DNA of 64,000 nucleotides from Candidatus Faecicola pullistercoris (GCA_018714105.1 DVNW01000021.1:63900-127899), one strand, 5' to 3'; positions 44,449-54,935 are shown, counted from the stretch's first letter. The notes: generated by a model from the letters alone, not told the origin. Program-made: numbers and translations.

Positions 44449-45741
44449 TTGAATCTTACTTTCCGCAACGGCGCTCATCCGCCGGCTAAAAAAGAACTGA
44501 CAGAAAATATACCTCTTAAAGAGATGCCCACCCCCGATGAGGTGGCTATTTCTCTGTCTCAGCACATAGGCGCTCCCGCTCAGCCCGTGGTTCAGGTCGG
44601 CGACGAGGTAAAAGCGGGTACCCTTATCGGAAGAGCGGCCGGCTTTGTTTCGTCCAATATCTATTCTTCCGTATCGGGCACGGTCAAAGGCTTTAAAACT
44701 TTGCCTACGGCAAACGGCGGCAAGGCTCAGCACGTGGTTATCGAAAACGACGGCCTGTACCGCACGCAGACTCTGCCTCTGGTAAATCCCACCAAGGAAA
44801 ACATTGTCGCACGGGTGCAGGAAGCGGGCATAGTAGGTATGGGCGGCGCGACATTTCCGACGCACGTCAAACTTTCGCCCTCAAAGCCCGTGGACACCCT
44901 TATCATCAACGCGGCCGAGTGCGAACCCTACATAACCTGCGATTACCGCCTGCTTATAGAGGAAACGACGGTGTTTATAAAGGGCGTCGAGTTTCTGATG
45001 AAGGCGCTGGGCGTAAAGAAGGCCTATATCGGCATTGAAAAAAACAAGCCCGAGGCAATCAGAAGGCTTATATCTTACTGCCCGTTCAATATCGTGGTTA
45101 AGCCGTTGAAGGTCAAATATCCGCAAGGGGCGGAAAAACAGCTTATTTACGCAATTACCAAACGCAAGGTTCCCGCAGGCGGGCTACCTATGGACGTAGG
45201 CTGCGTGGTGGACAACGTGCATACGGCGTATTCGATAGCTCAGGCCGTTCTGTACGGCGAGCCCTGCTATCGCAGAGCGATGACGATATCGGGCAGGGGA
45301 ATACATAATCCCGGAAACTACTGGGTCAGAAACGGCGTTTCGTTCAGATACCTGCTGGATCAGGTCAAGGGAGGCGAACCGTATCCCGTTATTCAGAAGG
45401 TTATATCGGGCGGTCCCATGATGGGCTTTGCGCAGGTAGACCTCGACCCGTGTACTACAAAGGGCAGCTCCTCGTTACTGTTTATGGTACCCGAGGATAT
45501 CGAAATCCGTACCGAAAGCCCCTGCATCAACTGCGCGAGATGCGCAATGGCCTGTCCTATGATGCTCATGCCCATGTTCATCGAAAAGGCAGTACTCGAA
45601 AACGATGCAAAAGCGGCTAAGGACAGAGGCGCGCTCAACTGTATCGAATGCGGTTGCTGCGCTTACGAATGCCCGGCGAAACGGCCTCTCGTTCAGGCTA
45701 TGCGCATGGCTAAACGCATTATCAAGGAAAAGGGGGTCTGA
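44449..45741 (+). CDS. rnfC: Rnf electron transport complex subunit C
   Basis: TTG start after ggagg. GAHPPAKKELT, SQHIGAPAQP, two 4Fe-4S motifs (CINCARCAMACP, CIECGCCAYECP). Confidence 0.9.
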   Translation: MNLTFRNGAHPPAKKELTENIPLKEMPTPDEVAISLSQHIGAPAQPVVQVGDEVKAGTLIGRAAGFVSSNIYSSVSGTVKGFKTLPTANGGKAQHVVIENDGLYRTQTLPLVNPTKENIVARVQEAGIVGMGGATFPTHVKLSPSKPVDTLIINAAECEPYITCDYRLLIEETTVFIKGVEFLMKALGVKKAYIGIEKNKPEAIRRLISYCPFNIVVKPLKVKYPQGAEKQLIYAITKRKVPAGGLPMDVGCVVDNVHTAYSIAQAVLYGEPCYRRAMTISGRGIHNPGNYWVRNGVSFRYLLDQVKGGEPYPVIQKVISGGPMMGFAQVDLDPCTTKGSSSLLFMVPEDIEIRTESPCINCARCAMACPMMLMPMFIEKAVLENDAKAAKDRGALNCIECGCCAYECPAKRPLVQAMRMAKRIIKEKGV

Positions 45742-45747
45742 GGCAGT

Positions 45748-46773
45748 ATGTATACTAAATATCTCGTTTCCAGTTCTCCGCACATAGCAAGCAAAAAGAC
45801 CACCAAAAACATAATGATAGACGTGGTCATATCGCTTATACCGTGTATGATTGCAAGCATACTGATTTACGGATTCAATCCGTTGTTCAACATTATACTT
45901 GCCACGGTGGGCTCTACGGCGGGTGAGAGCATTTACAGCCTGATGCGTAAAAGACGAAATACGATAGAGGACTGGTCGGCAATAGTTACCGGCGTTATTC
46001 TGGGCCTTAATCTGCCGCCGGCCATTCCTTTCTATATGCCCGTGATAGGCGGTATTTTCGCTACGCTCATCGTTAAGATGTTATTCGGAGGAATAGGCCG
46101 CAACTTTGCTAATCCGGCAATTACGGCAAGGATTTTCCTTCTGCTGGCATGGGGCGCGTCGATGACGGCTTACGTTGCGCCCATAGACCTATCCAAAGGT
46201 TTTTCCGAAATGTTCAAGTACGTCGGACTCAGCAGTTCGGAAATTGCAGACCTTACTTCGGCCACTCCGCTCAGTTATCTTAAAGACGGCAACTACGGCG
46301 CGGTATCCAATCTCGATCTCTTCCTCGGACGTATCGGAGGCAGTGCGGGCGAGGTGTGCGCGATAGCCGTTCTTATCGGTTTCGTGTATCTGTACGTAAG
46401 AAGGATTATAGACGCCAAAATCCCCGTGATTTTCGTGGCGACCGCCGCTATTTGCGCGCTGGCGTTCTACGGCGACGTCAATATGATTCTGCCCACCGTG
46501 CTTTCGGGCGGGCTTCTGTTCGGCGCGGTGTTCATGGCAACGGATTACGCCACTTCTCCCAACACGCCGTGGGGCGTGGTCATATACGCCGTAGGATGCG
46601 GCTTCCTGACCGTGCTTTTCCGTAAATTCGGCCGTATGCCCGAGGGCGTCTCGTTTGCCATACTCATAATGAACATCGTTACTCCTCTTCTGGACAAGTA
46701 CATTTATCCCAGGCCTTTCGGATACAAACGTCCCAAAAAGGTCAAACCCGCAAAGGAGGAATGCGCAAAATGA
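45748..46773 (+). CDS. rnfD: Rnf complex subunit D
   Basis: SSSPHI N-terminus, TSATPL FMN-attachment region, polytopic membrane protein. Confidence 0.9.
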   Translation: MYTKYLVSSSPHIASKKTTKNIMIDVVISLIPCMIASILIYGFNPLFNIILATVGSTAGESIYSLMRKRRNTIEDWSAIVTGVILGLNLPPAIPFYMPVIGGIFATLIVKMLFGGIGRNFANPAITARIFLLLAWGASMTAYVAPIDLSKGFSEMFKYVGLSSSEIADLTSATPLSYLKDGNYGAVSNLDLFLGRIGGSAGEVCAIAVLIGFVYLYVRRIIDAKIPVIFVATAAICALAFYGDVNMILPTVLSGGLLFGAVFMATDYATSPNTPWGVVIYAVGCGFLTVLFRKFGRMPEGVSFAILIMNIVTPLLDKYIYPRPFGYKRPKKVKPAKEECAK

Positions 46774-47309
46774 AAGATATGATTAAAACGGTAACCGTTT
46801 TGTGCGTTATTTCCCTTATCGCAGGCGCTCTGCTCGGGCTAGTAAACGAAATTACTTTCATAAGCGACGAGGAAATACTCAATTCCAAACTCAAAACCGC
46901 CTACGCGGCGGAAGCCTTTACACCCGTTCAGACGGCATCGGAAGAAGGGCTTTTGGGCGTTTACTCTCCTGACGGCGCGGACGGAGTTTACGTATATTAC
47001 GTAACCGACGAGGGCTACGGCGGCGAAATAAAACTGCTGGTTACGGTGGAGAATAATCTGCTTACCAAAATCGTCAAAGTCGAGGCCGGGGAGACGGCAG
47101 GTCTGGGCGATAACGCTTTTAAGGACAAGTTCCTTTCGCAGTTTTACGGTACCGATATTTCCACTGCCGAAACCTATCCCGCGTTTCCCGACAAAACTTC
47201 GGGAGTGGATGCGGTAAGCGGCGCTACGATAACTTCAAACGCCATGTTGCGTATGATAAACCTCGTTATCGTGTCGCATAAGGCGATTTTACAAGGGGAG
47301 GCGGCATGA
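46770..47309 (+). CDS. rnfG: Rnf complex subunit G
   Basis: Start chosen 9 nt after aaggagga. N-terminal TM helix, VDAVSGATITS FMN-binding motif. Confidence 0.85.
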   Translation: MKDMIKTVTVLCVISLIAGALLGLVNEITFISDEEILNSKLKTAYAAEAFTPVQTASEEGLLGVYSPDGADGVYVYYVTDEGYGGEIKLLVTVENNLLTKIVKVEAGETAGLGDNAFKDKFLSQFYGTDISTAETYPAFPDKTSGVDAVSGATITSNAMLRMINLVIVSHKAILQGEAA

Positions 47310-47980
47310 TGAAAAAACACGATTCCAAACTTAAAATACTTACTAACGGCCTTATTAAAAACAACCCCACTTTCAGGCTCGTTCTGGGTACGTGCCCCAC
47401 GCTGGCGGTTACTACGAGCGCTATAAACGGTCTGGGCATGGGGCTTGCCACTACCTTTGTTCTTATATGTAGCAACGCGCTGATTTCTCTTCTCAGGAAA
47501 GTGATTCCCGACAAGGTAAGAATACCCGCGTACGTGCTTATAATAGCAACCTTCGTTACAATCGTACAGATGGTAATGCGCAAGTATATTCCTTCGCTTT
47601 ACGAAAGCCTGGGACTGTTTATACCCCTGATAGTCGTTAACTGTATAATTCTTGCCAGAGCCGAGGCGTTCGCCTCCGTTAATCCCGTGGGCGACAGCAT
47701 TCTTGACGGCTTGGGCATAGGCGCGGGCTTCACGGTAAGTCTGACCTGCATGGGGCTGCTGCGCGAATTTTTTGGCGCGGGTACTTTCTTCGGTATGGAA
47801 GTGGGCGCGCTGCCAAACGTGGCTATGTCCGTTTTCGTTATACCCGCGGGCGGCTTTATCATGTTCGGGCTGTTAATGGCGCTTATAAACTTCGTTTCCG
47901 GAAAAATAGAACTCAAACGGCAGGTTCCCGTCTACGAGCAGACCGACGACGATATGCCGGAGGAGGTTTTGAATGACTAA
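47306..47980 (+). CDS. rnfE: Rnf complex subunit E
   Basis: NGLIKNNPTFRLVLGTCPTLAVTT pattern. Confidence 0.9.
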   Translation: MMKKHDSKLKILTNGLIKNNPTFRLVLGTCPTLAVTTSAINGLGMGLATTFVLICSNALISLLRKVIPDKVRIPAYVLIIATFVTIVQMVMRKYIPSLYESLGLFIPLIVVNCIILARAEAFASVNPVGDSILDGLGIGAGFTVSLTCMGLLREFFGAGTFFGMEVGALPNVAMSVFVIPAGGFIMFGLLMALINFVSGKIELKRQVPVYEQTDDDMPEEVLND

Positions 47981-48548
47981 TATCCTTATAATTATAGTCG
48001 GAGCCGTTTTCGTAAACAACTTCGTTCTGAGCCAGTTTCTGGGTATATGTCCCTTCCTCGGCGTTTCAAAGAAAACCGAAACCGCTTTGGGTATGGGATT
48101 TGCCGTCATATTCGTCATGGGCGTGGCAAGCCTGTTTACCTTTGCGGTAAACAAGTATCTGCTTTTACCCCTTAACCTCGAATACATACAGACGATAGCC
48201 TTTATTCTTATTATCGCGGCCCTCGTTCAGCTGGTGGAAATGGTAATCAAGAAGTTCAGCCCTTCGCTTTACAATGCTTTGGGCGTGTATCTGCCGCTTA
48301 TAACCACTAACTGCGCCGTTCTGGGCGTTGCGCTCATGAACGTCGAGGACGGATACAATATGCTGGAAGCCTTTATCAACGGCGTGTTCTCGGGCGTAGG
48401 CTTTACCGTTGCAATAGTGCTTCTTGCCGGCGTAAGGGAAAAGCTGCAGCGAAGCGATATTCCCGAAGCGTTCAGGGGGTTCCCCATAACGCTTATTGCC
48501 GCCTCCATTATCAGTATGGCGTTTGTAGCTTTCGGCGGTTTGGTTTAG
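47973..48548 (+). CDS. rnfA: Rnf complex subunit A
   Basis: FVNNFVLSQFLGICPFLGVSKK pattern. Confidence 0.9.
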   Translation: MTNILIIIVGAVFVNNFVLSQFLGICPFLGVSKKTETALGMGFAVIFVMGVASLFTFAVNKYLLLPLNLEYIQTIAFILIIAALVQLVEMVIKKFSPSLYNALGVYLPLITTNCAVLGVALMNVEDGYNMLEAFINGVFSGVGFTVAIVLLAGVREKLQRSDIPEAFRGFPITLIAASIISMAFVAFGGLV

Positions 48549-48560
48549 GAGGTCGGAGAT

Positions 48561-49373
48561 ATGTTGATTGCAGCTATTCAGTTTAAAGCAATATTATGGC
48601 CTACGGTTATTCTTGTAGCTCTTTCCTTCGTGTTCGCGATACTGCTTGCATATCTCGGCAAAAAACTTGCCGTCAAGCGCGACGAGAAAATCGATATGGT
48701 TCTGGAAAAACTCGCTGGCGCAAACTGCGGCGCGTGCGGATATCCCGGTTGCGACGGCTTTGCGAAAGCGCTTGTCGAGGGTAAGGCCAAAATAGGCGAG
48801 TGCAACGCTACGCCCATGGCCAACAAAAACGAAATCGCCAAAATACTGGGCGTGGATAACAACAGCGTTCCCACTATCGTGGTTTGTGCCTGCCGCGGCG
48901 GAAACGACGCAAAAGATAAATATTATTATCAGGGCTACGGCGATTGTCGATCGATGGAAATGCTGTCGGGCGGCAGAAAAATGTGCGCCTGGGGCTGTAT
49001 GGGTATGGGAAGCTGTACCAAGGAGTGCCATGACAACGCAATTCAGATTAACGACGGCGGCTATTCCGAGATCGACCGCAAGAAATGTATAGGTTGCGGA
49101 CGTTGCGTAGCCGTATGTCCCAAAAAGATTTTAAAACGCATACCCGCTACTGCTAAGGTGTACGTCGCGTGTTCCAATCATCAGAGGGGTAAGGACGTCA
49201 AGGCGGTATGCAAAAAAGGGTGTCTCGGTTGCGGACTGTGCGCGAAGATTTGTCCGTCCGGCGCGATAGAAATGGTGGATAACCTTCCCGTTATCGATTA
49301 TTCCAAATGTACCGGTTGCGGACTGTGCGCGGGAAAATGCCCCGTGAAATGCATAGTTAAAATCGACGAATAA
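48561..49373 (+). CDS. rnfB: Rnf complex subunit B (polyferredoxin)
   Basis: N-terminal TM helix, CGACGYPGCDGFA, several CxxCxxCxxxCP motifs. Confidence 0.9.
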   Translation: MLIAAIQFKAILWPTVILVALSFVFAILLAYLGKKLAVKRDEKIDMVLEKLAGANCGACGYPGCDGFAKALVEGKAKIGECNATPMANKNEIAKILGVDNNSVPTIVVCACRGGNDAKDKYYYQGYGDCRSMEMLSGGRKMCAWGCMGMGSCTKECHDNAIQINDGGYSEIDRKKCIGCGRCVAVCPKKILKRIPATAKVYVACSNHQRGKDVKAVCKKGCLGCGLCAKICPSGAIEMVDNLPVIDYSKCTGCGLCAGKCPVKCIVKIDE

Positions 49374-49389
49374 CTCAACATTTAAACAG

Positions 49390-49415
49390 AGGGCCGTGAG
49401 GCCCTTTATTTTTTA
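49390..49415 (+). terminator. intrinsic terminator after the rnf operon
   Basis: agggcc-gtga-ggccct-ttatttttt. Confidence 0.75.
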
Positions 49416-49611
49416 TTTCTTAAAGGGCTCATAATTTTCAACCGCATTTTTAATGTTTTTGCCGTTTTGTCAATAATTTTGTCGGTTTAGGATTCAAAAA
49501 AGTTTGGCTACCCCCCTATACAAACATTTAATTATATGCTATAATTAATAAAAGTTTTATTTCTATTTAAAATATAATACGGTTATTGCACCGCTTTTAA
49601 AGGAGTTGTCA

Positions 49612-51126
49612 ATGGAAAAAATCGCTATTATCGACCTCGGGTCCAACTCGGCAAGGCTGGTTCTGGTAAACATTATCGAAGGCGGCTATTTCGTCGTTTT
49701 CGACGAACTTAAGGAATCGGTTCGCCTTGCGCAGGATATGGAGTGGGACGGGTTCTTGAAGCCGCAGAGGATTGCGCAGACGATTAAGACGCTTAAAATG
49801 TTCAGAAGGCTTTGCGACGCTAACAATATCGACAAAATTTACGCTTACGCCACCGCGGCGGTAAGAAGGGCAAAAAATCAGAAGAGTTTTCTGGACGAAG
49901 TCGCCGTCACGTGCGGAATTAAAATACAGGTGCTTACAAAAGAAGAGCAGGCTTCTCTCGTATATCAGGGCGTAATCAATTCGCTCGACGTGCCTAAAGG
50001 GCTGATTATGGATATAGGCGGCGGAAGCACGCAGTTTATTTATTACAGCAGAAAAAACATTCTTGCCTGCGAAACCTTACAATTCGGCTCGGTTACTCTT
50101 ACCGACCTATTCAAAAACGACAACATCTCGCCCGCGGAACGCAATAAACGAATAGAGGAATTCATAAAAGAGCATCTCGATAAAATCGAGTGGCTCAAGA
50201 CGGTTGAACCCGACGTTCAGTTCGTAGGGGTAGGGGGCAGTTTCAGAAATCTCGGCAGGATAAGCAGGATAATCAAGAAATATCCTTTCGACATGATGCA
50301 TAATTATCATCTGCCCGCCGACGAGTTCAACAATATTTACGACCGCATCAAATGCCTCGATCTCGAAAAGACGCAGAAAATCAAAGGCCTTTCAAACGGA
50401 AGGGCGGACATATTCCCCAGCGCGCTGGCCGTTATCAAGTCCGTCATGGATTACCTCGGTTTCCAAAATATCATCGTAAGCGGCTGCGGGCTCAGGGAAG
50501 GCGCTATGTTCCATCACGCCGTACCCAGTACGGACGAGAAACCTTTGTCCGATATTCTCGGCCACAGTTTGCAGACGCTGATGCATTATTTCGATATCAA
50601 TATTCCGCATGCCGAACACGTCTACAATCTGTCGATGCAGCTTTTCAAACAGCTTAAAGTTCTTCATAAGCTGCCGAGGGCTTATATCAAGGTGCTCAGA
50701 GTCGCGGCTCTTCTGCACGACAGCGGTATGCGCATAAAGTACTACGACCATCATAAGCACAGCAGTTATATTATTCTCAACAGCAATCTGTACGGTATCA
50801 GTCACAAGGACCTTATTATGGCTTCGTTCGTGGCGGGCGGTCACCGCAAAAGCGATTTCAACGACGCCGATATGCTGAAGTACAGAGTAATGTTTACGGA
50901 GGACGACGTCGACGCAATCAAGAAACTGTCCGTAATTTTAAGGATAGCCGAAAGTTTCGACCGCAGTATGAGCGGGCTCATCACGGGCATCAACTGCGAC
51001 GTTCTCGGCGACAGCGTAATTATGAAAACCGAAACCGAGGGCGATTGCAGCCTGGAAATCAAAGACGCGCTTACGGGCGCATCCGAATTCAAGAGGGCTT
51101 ACAAGAAAAACCTCGAAATACTCTGA
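49612..51126 (+). CDS. Ppx/GppA family phosphatase with C-terminal HD domain
   Basis: IAIIDLGSNSARLV, DIGGGSTQ, LLHDSGM. Confidence 0.85.
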   Translation: MEKIAIIDLGSNSARLVLVNIIEGGYFVVFDELKESVRLAQDMEWDGFLKPQRIAQTIKTLKMFRRLCDANNIDKIYAYATAAVRRAKNQKSFLDEVAVTCGIKIQVLTKEEQASLVYQGVINSLDVPKGLIMDIGGGSTQFIYYSRKNILACETLQFGSVTLTDLFKNDNISPAERNKRIEEFIKEHLDKIEWLKTVEPDVQFVGVGGSFRNLGRISRIIKKYPFDMMHNYHLPADEFNNIYDRIKCLDLEKTQKIKGLSNGRADIFPSALAVIKSVMDYLGFQNIIVSGCGLREGAMFHHAVPSTDEKPLSDILGHSLQTLMHYFDINIPHAEHVYNLSMQLFKQLKVLHKLPRAYIKVLRVAALLHDSGMRIKYYDHHKHSSYIILNSNLYGISHKDLIMASFVAGGHRKSDFNDADMLKYRVMFTEDDVDAIKKLSVILRIAESFDRSMSGLITGINCDVLGDSVIMKTETEGDCSLEIKDALTGASEFKRAYKKNLEIL

Positions 51127-51665
51127 TGATTTATCTTGCATCGGCCTCGCCCCGGCGCAGGGAACTGCTTAAAGAAATTATTCCCGACTTCCGGATCGTG
51201 GGGTCGGACGCGGAAGAAATTGCCGACGCGGACCCCGTGTTTACCGTAACGCAGAACGCAATCCGCAAGGCGTCGGCCGTCGGTTGCGGAAGAGGCGATA
51301 CGGTTATCGCAGCCGATACCGTCGTATGGCTTGAAGGACGGTTGCTTCTGAAACCCCGCTCCGAAAGCGAGGCGCTTGCCATGCTTAAATCGCTTGCGGG
51401 CAGAACTCATTTCGTATATACGGGTTACGCTATCCGCACCGACAGCGCTACGGTAGCGGATTTCGATTGTTCGGAGGTATATATTCATCCGATGACGGAG
51501 CGTCAAATAGCCGATTACGTTGCTACGGGCAGTCCTATGGACAAGGCGGGCGCTTACGGCATTCAGGACGGATTTATTAAATACGATTTGAAGGGCAGCT
51601 TTTCAAACGTAATGGGCTTGCCCGTCGAAAAACTTCGCAACTCTTTATCGCTTATCGGGTTGTAG
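51126..51665 (+). CDS. maf: Maf family nucleotide pyrophosphatase
   Basis: MIYLASASPRRRELL. ATGA-type overlap with the upstream stop. KAGAYGIQ. Confidence 0.9.
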   Translation: MIYLASASPRRRELLKEIIPDFRIVGSDAEEIADADPVFTVTQNAIRKASAVGCGRGDTVIAADTVVWLEGRLLLKPRSESEALAMLKSLAGRTHFVYTGYAIRTDSATVADFDCSEVYIHPMTERQIADYVATGSPMDKAGAYGIQDGFIKYDLKGSFSNVMGLPVEKLRNSLSLIGL

Positions 51666-51676
51666 CAGGAGGAAAT

Positions 51677-52675
51677 ATGGCTATTATCGAACTTGCCGTA
51701 GATATAGGCACTACCAATATTACCGTTTTTCAAAAGGGTAAAGGCATAGTATTACAGGAGCCTACCGTCGCGATTGCGGCGTCCAGAAAAAACAAACTCG
51801 AACTCCTCGAAACGGGCAGGGCCGCCGAAAAGGCTTTATCGGCCTCTCTCGGAAGCGCTCAGGTCATATACCCCGTCAAGGAAGGCATTATAGTGCACGA
51901 GGAATGCGCCAGGCTCATTCTTAAAGATTTTCTGAAAAGAATTATCCCCGAAAGGATTTTCGCGCCCACCGTCAAGGCGGTAGTGCTGATACCTTGCGGG
52001 CTTTCGATAGCCGAGCGGAGAGCTGTGGAAAACGTATGCGTGCGCGCAGGAATCCGCGAGGTCACTCTTGTGGAAAGCCCTCTCGCACTGATAGCTTATA
52101 CCAACAGTATAGGCGGCCTTTTCGTCGATATAGGCGGAGGCACGTCGGAAATTGCCTGCGTTTCAAGAAGAGGTATAGCCTCGGGAGTAACGCTTAATAT
52201 CGCCGGCAACGCTTTTAATGCCAGAATTATAGATCACGTTGCCGACAAATACGGCCTTAAAATAGGCGATTATACGGCCGAACAGCTTAAAACAGAGGTC
52301 GGCTCTATGCTGGATAACGACGTAAACGAACTGACTATAAGCGGGCGCGACAGACTGACGGGCGAACCCCGAACGGTAACCGTATGCGCAAGAGACGTGA
52401 AAGACGCCCTTGCTCCCGTAGCGGACAATATTATAGAGGTAATAATGCACGTTCTCAACATGGCTCCTCCCGAGCTTCTGAACGAAATACGCAAAAAAGG
52501 TATATTCTTCTCGGGCGGAAGCGCAAGACTTGTAGGGCTAAGCGAGTATATTAGTGTGAGAATAGATTTGCCCGTAACCGAACTCGACGCCCTTACCGAA
52601 GCCGTCGCTCTCGGCGGCGGAAGGCTTCTGGAAGAGCCCGAGCTATTAGCGCAGCTGCTTAACATAAAAAGATGA
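51677..52675 (+). CDS. mreB: MreB/Mbl-type actin-like rod-shape protein
   Basis: LAVDIGTTNITVF..GKGIVLQEPTV, VDIGGGTSEIA, GIFFSGGSA. Confidence 0.8.
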   Translation: MAIIELAVDIGTTNITVFQKGKGIVLQEPTVAIAASRKNKLELLETGRAAEKALSASLGSAQVIYPVKEGIIVHEECARLILKDFLKRIIPERIFAPTVKAVVLIPCGLSIAERRAVENVCVRAGIREVTLVESPLALIAYTNSIGGLFVDIGGGTSEIACVSRRGIASGVTLNIAGNAFNARIIDHVADKYGLKIGDYTAEQLKTEVGSMLDNDVNELTISGRDRLTGEPRTVTVCARDVKDALAPVADNIIEVIMHVLNMAPPELLNEIRKKGIFFSGGSARLVGLSEYISVRIDLPVTELDALTEAVALGGGRLLEEPELLAQLLNIKR

Positions 52676-52694
52676 TTTTAAATTTTCCGAATCG

Positions 52695-52721
52695 CGGCGG
52701 CTTTTAAGCCGCCGTTTTTTT
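52695..52721 (+). terminator. intrinsic terminator after mreB
   Basis: cggcggc-ttttaa-gccgccg-ttttttt. Confidence 0.75.
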
Positions 52722-52823
52722 ATATTATATTTAATATATAAAACAGTCAAATGTTACATATTAACCCCGTATTTTGTAAAATTCGACATTTTAAACATAT
52801 TATAATTTTTCGGGAGGCAAACT

Positions 52824-53609
52824 ATGGCCAGAAAAATTGTAGTTACATCGGGCAAAGGAGGCGTCGGGAAAACCACGGTTACGGCCTGCCTGGGCGGAGC
52901 GCTGGCGGACGCGGGCAGAAAGGTCGTGCTTATAGACGCAGATATAGGACTTAACAATCTGGACGTTGTGCTGGGTATCGAGAATAAGGTCGTTTACGAT
53001 ATTCTCGACGTCATAAAATGCCGTTGCAGAATCAAGCAGGCATTAGTCCGTGATTTTGACCGTCCCGAACTGTTCGTTCTTCCGTCGGCCAAACTGTCGG
53101 ACAGTCCGCTGATAACCGCGCAGGCTTTCAGAAATATTGTGAGCTCGCTCGATAAATATTTCGATTACGTTATTATCGATTGCCCCGCCGGTATAGACAA
53201 CGGTTTCCACCGTGCGGTTTCGGGCGCGGAGCAGGCTCTGGTGGTAACCACTCCGTCGGTTTCGGCTATACGCGACGCCGATAAGGTGTTTAATCTGTTG
53301 GGCGGATATTCCTTAAGCTCTGCCGATCTGGTAGTAAACAGAATACGTCACGATATGGTCCGCAGAGGCGAAATGATGTCGGCGGGAGATATTTCAAGGC
53401 TTCTTCGCGCGCCGGTTGCGGGTATTATTCCCGAAGACGACAACGTATCGCTTTATTCGGGGATAGGGCGTCTGCCCGTCAATTCGGCTTCCGCAACGGC
53501 ATTTTACGACCTTGCGCGTTCGGTGGAAACAGGCCAACCCTGCCTCGGTGAGGGCGCTTCTTACAGGAGGGAAAGTCTTTTCGGCAGACTTAAAAGAATA
53601 TTCAGGTAA
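52824..53609 (+). CDS. minD: septum site-determining ATPase MinD
   Basis: IVVTSGKGGVGKTT deviant Walker A, IIDCPAG, C-terminal amphipathic tail LFGRLKRIF. Confidence 0.9.
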   Translation: MARKIVVTSGKGGVGKTTVTACLGGALADAGRKVVLIDADIGLNNLDVVLGIENKVVYDILDVIKCRCRIKQALVRDFDRPELFVLPSAKLSDSPLITAQAFRNIVSSLDKYFDYVIIDCPAGIDNGFHRAVSGAEQALVVTTPSVSAIRDADKVFNLLGGYSLSSADLVVNRIRHDMVRRGEMMSAGDISRLLRAPVAGIIPEDDNVSLYSGIGRLPVNSASATAFYDLARSVETGQPCLGEGASYRRESLFGRLKRIFR

Positions 53610-53611
53610 TT

Positions 53612-53854
53612 ATGAAAAAACTGGTTAAAGATATGGTACTGCGTACCCGCAATATACTTATTTCGGATAAGACAATGGCGCCCGAGGGTTTCGAGCAGAT
53701 GATAAAAAGCGATTGCAACGCGCTTTTGGAAAATTATTTCGAACTTTGTCCTTCGGCTACCGAAATCCAAATCGAATTCAAGGACGGTTTTTACGAAATT
53801 ACCGTTACGGCAAAGGCTTTTCAGGTCAGAAACTGCGGCAAAAGCGCGCTATGA
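53612..53854 (+). CDS. minE: cell division topological specificity factor MinE (short form)
   Basis: Position directly after minD, 80 aa, and an EQMIKSDCNALLENYFELCPSATEIQIEFKDGFYEITVTA pattern like the MinE C-terminal domain. Confidence 0.65.
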   Translation: MKKLVKDMVLRTRNILISDKTMAPEGFEQMIKSDCNALLENYFELCPSATEIQIEFKDGFYEITVTAKAFQVRNCGKSAL

Positions 53855-54685
53855 GTTTTTGCCCGCAATATCGCCGACGCGTGCCGAAAGCGGAAATGCG
53901 GTCGCATAAGTCATAAGTTCTTCTTCCGAAATACGATTAACGGGCTTTCCCCGTTCGTTCACGATAACAAAAATTTTGATATGGCGGCTGTCTACGGTGC
54001 GCAGCAACCGTCTGAGCGTAGTATTGCGTGAGACGTATTCCACGCATTCCTTTACGCCCAGCTCGTAATTTTTGGTGAGGGGCGAATTTTTAAACACGTG
54101 CTCGTACATCTGTCTGCGCGGCTCGGTAAGCGCGCCTATCAGCAGAAAGACGCCCATAACCGCCATGGTAGGGTTGGGTTTGTCGGCAAGCGAGGCAAAG
54201 AAGACGCAAATCAGAATAACGGAAAGAATTATGCCGCAGATTTTAAGAATTTTTATAGTCCTTGCGGTATTTTTACAAAACCCCTTAACGATTCTCGAAC
54301 CGTCAAGCGGAAAAGCGGGCAACAGATTGAAAAAGCCCAGAAAAATATTGTATTTGTAAAATTCGGCCGTGTAATTGAAGGTTTCGGGAGCAAGCCACCA
54401 TATTCCCGCTGTAAAAAGAGCAAGGCAGAAATTTGCCGCCGGTCCGGCGGCCGCGACAATGACCTCCGAAACGCTGTCAAGCTTGTCGTCGCAATTAAGC
54501 ACGGCTCCGTACGGCATAAGGGTAACGTAACCCGTTCTGAAGCCTTGCAGCTTTGCCGCCGCGGCGTGAGCGAGTTCGTGCAGCAATACCGCGGTAATGG
54601 CAGACAAAAACGCCAAACTCTCGCCGAGGGCAATCGTCACCGCGGCGAGAGCAATAAACAGCGGGTGTATTTTAATTTTGGGCAT
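53849..54685 (-). CDS. M50 site-2 protease (SpoIVFB-like)
   Basis: LHELAHAAAA (HExxH), NLLPAFPLDGSRI, a C-terminal CBS-like region. Its 3' end overlaps the minE 3' end by 6 nt. Confidence 0.8.
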   Translation of the reverse strand: MPKIKIHPLFIALAAVTIALGESLAFLSAITAVLLHELAHAAAAKLQGFRTGYVTLMPYGAVLNCDDKLDSVSEVIVAAAGPAANFCLALFTAGIWWLAPETFNYTAEFYKYNIFLGFFNLLPAFPLDGSRIVKGFCKNTARTIKILKICGIILSVILICVFFASLADKPNPTMAVMGVFLLIGALTEPRRQMYEHVFKNSPLTKNYELGVKECVEYVSRNTTLRRLLRTVDSRHIKIFVIVNERGKPVNRISEEELMTYATAFPLSARVGDIAGKNS

Positions 54686-54692
54686 ATCTTGT

Positions 54693-54935
54693 CTATTTTA
54701 CAAAAGCGCCTATTAATCCTGTTAGATTTTCATTTAAACCCGCTATTTGGGTAATATTGTAAATCAGAAATCCCAAAGAAACCGCAATGCCGATAGCCAG
54801 CGGTATCATAAGCATATCTATAGCGTCAAGTTTTTTCAATTTTATTCTGCGTTTTTTTTCGGGTTTGACGTCGTATTCGAGATACTCGTTGGGAATTGTT
54901 GTGCTGTCGATTAATCTTACATCTTCGTTTTTCAT
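54693..54935 (-). CDS. small single-pass membrane protein upstream of the M50 protease
   Basis: Start at MKNEDV, 5-6 nt after agaggtg. TM helix MLMIPLAIGIAVSLGFLIYNI. It ends 7 nt before the protease gene. Confidence 0.5.
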   Translation of the reverse strand: MKNEDVRLIDSTTIPNEYLEYDVKPEKKRRIKLKKLDAIDMLMIPLAIGIAVSLGFLIYNITQIAGLNENLTGLIGAFVK

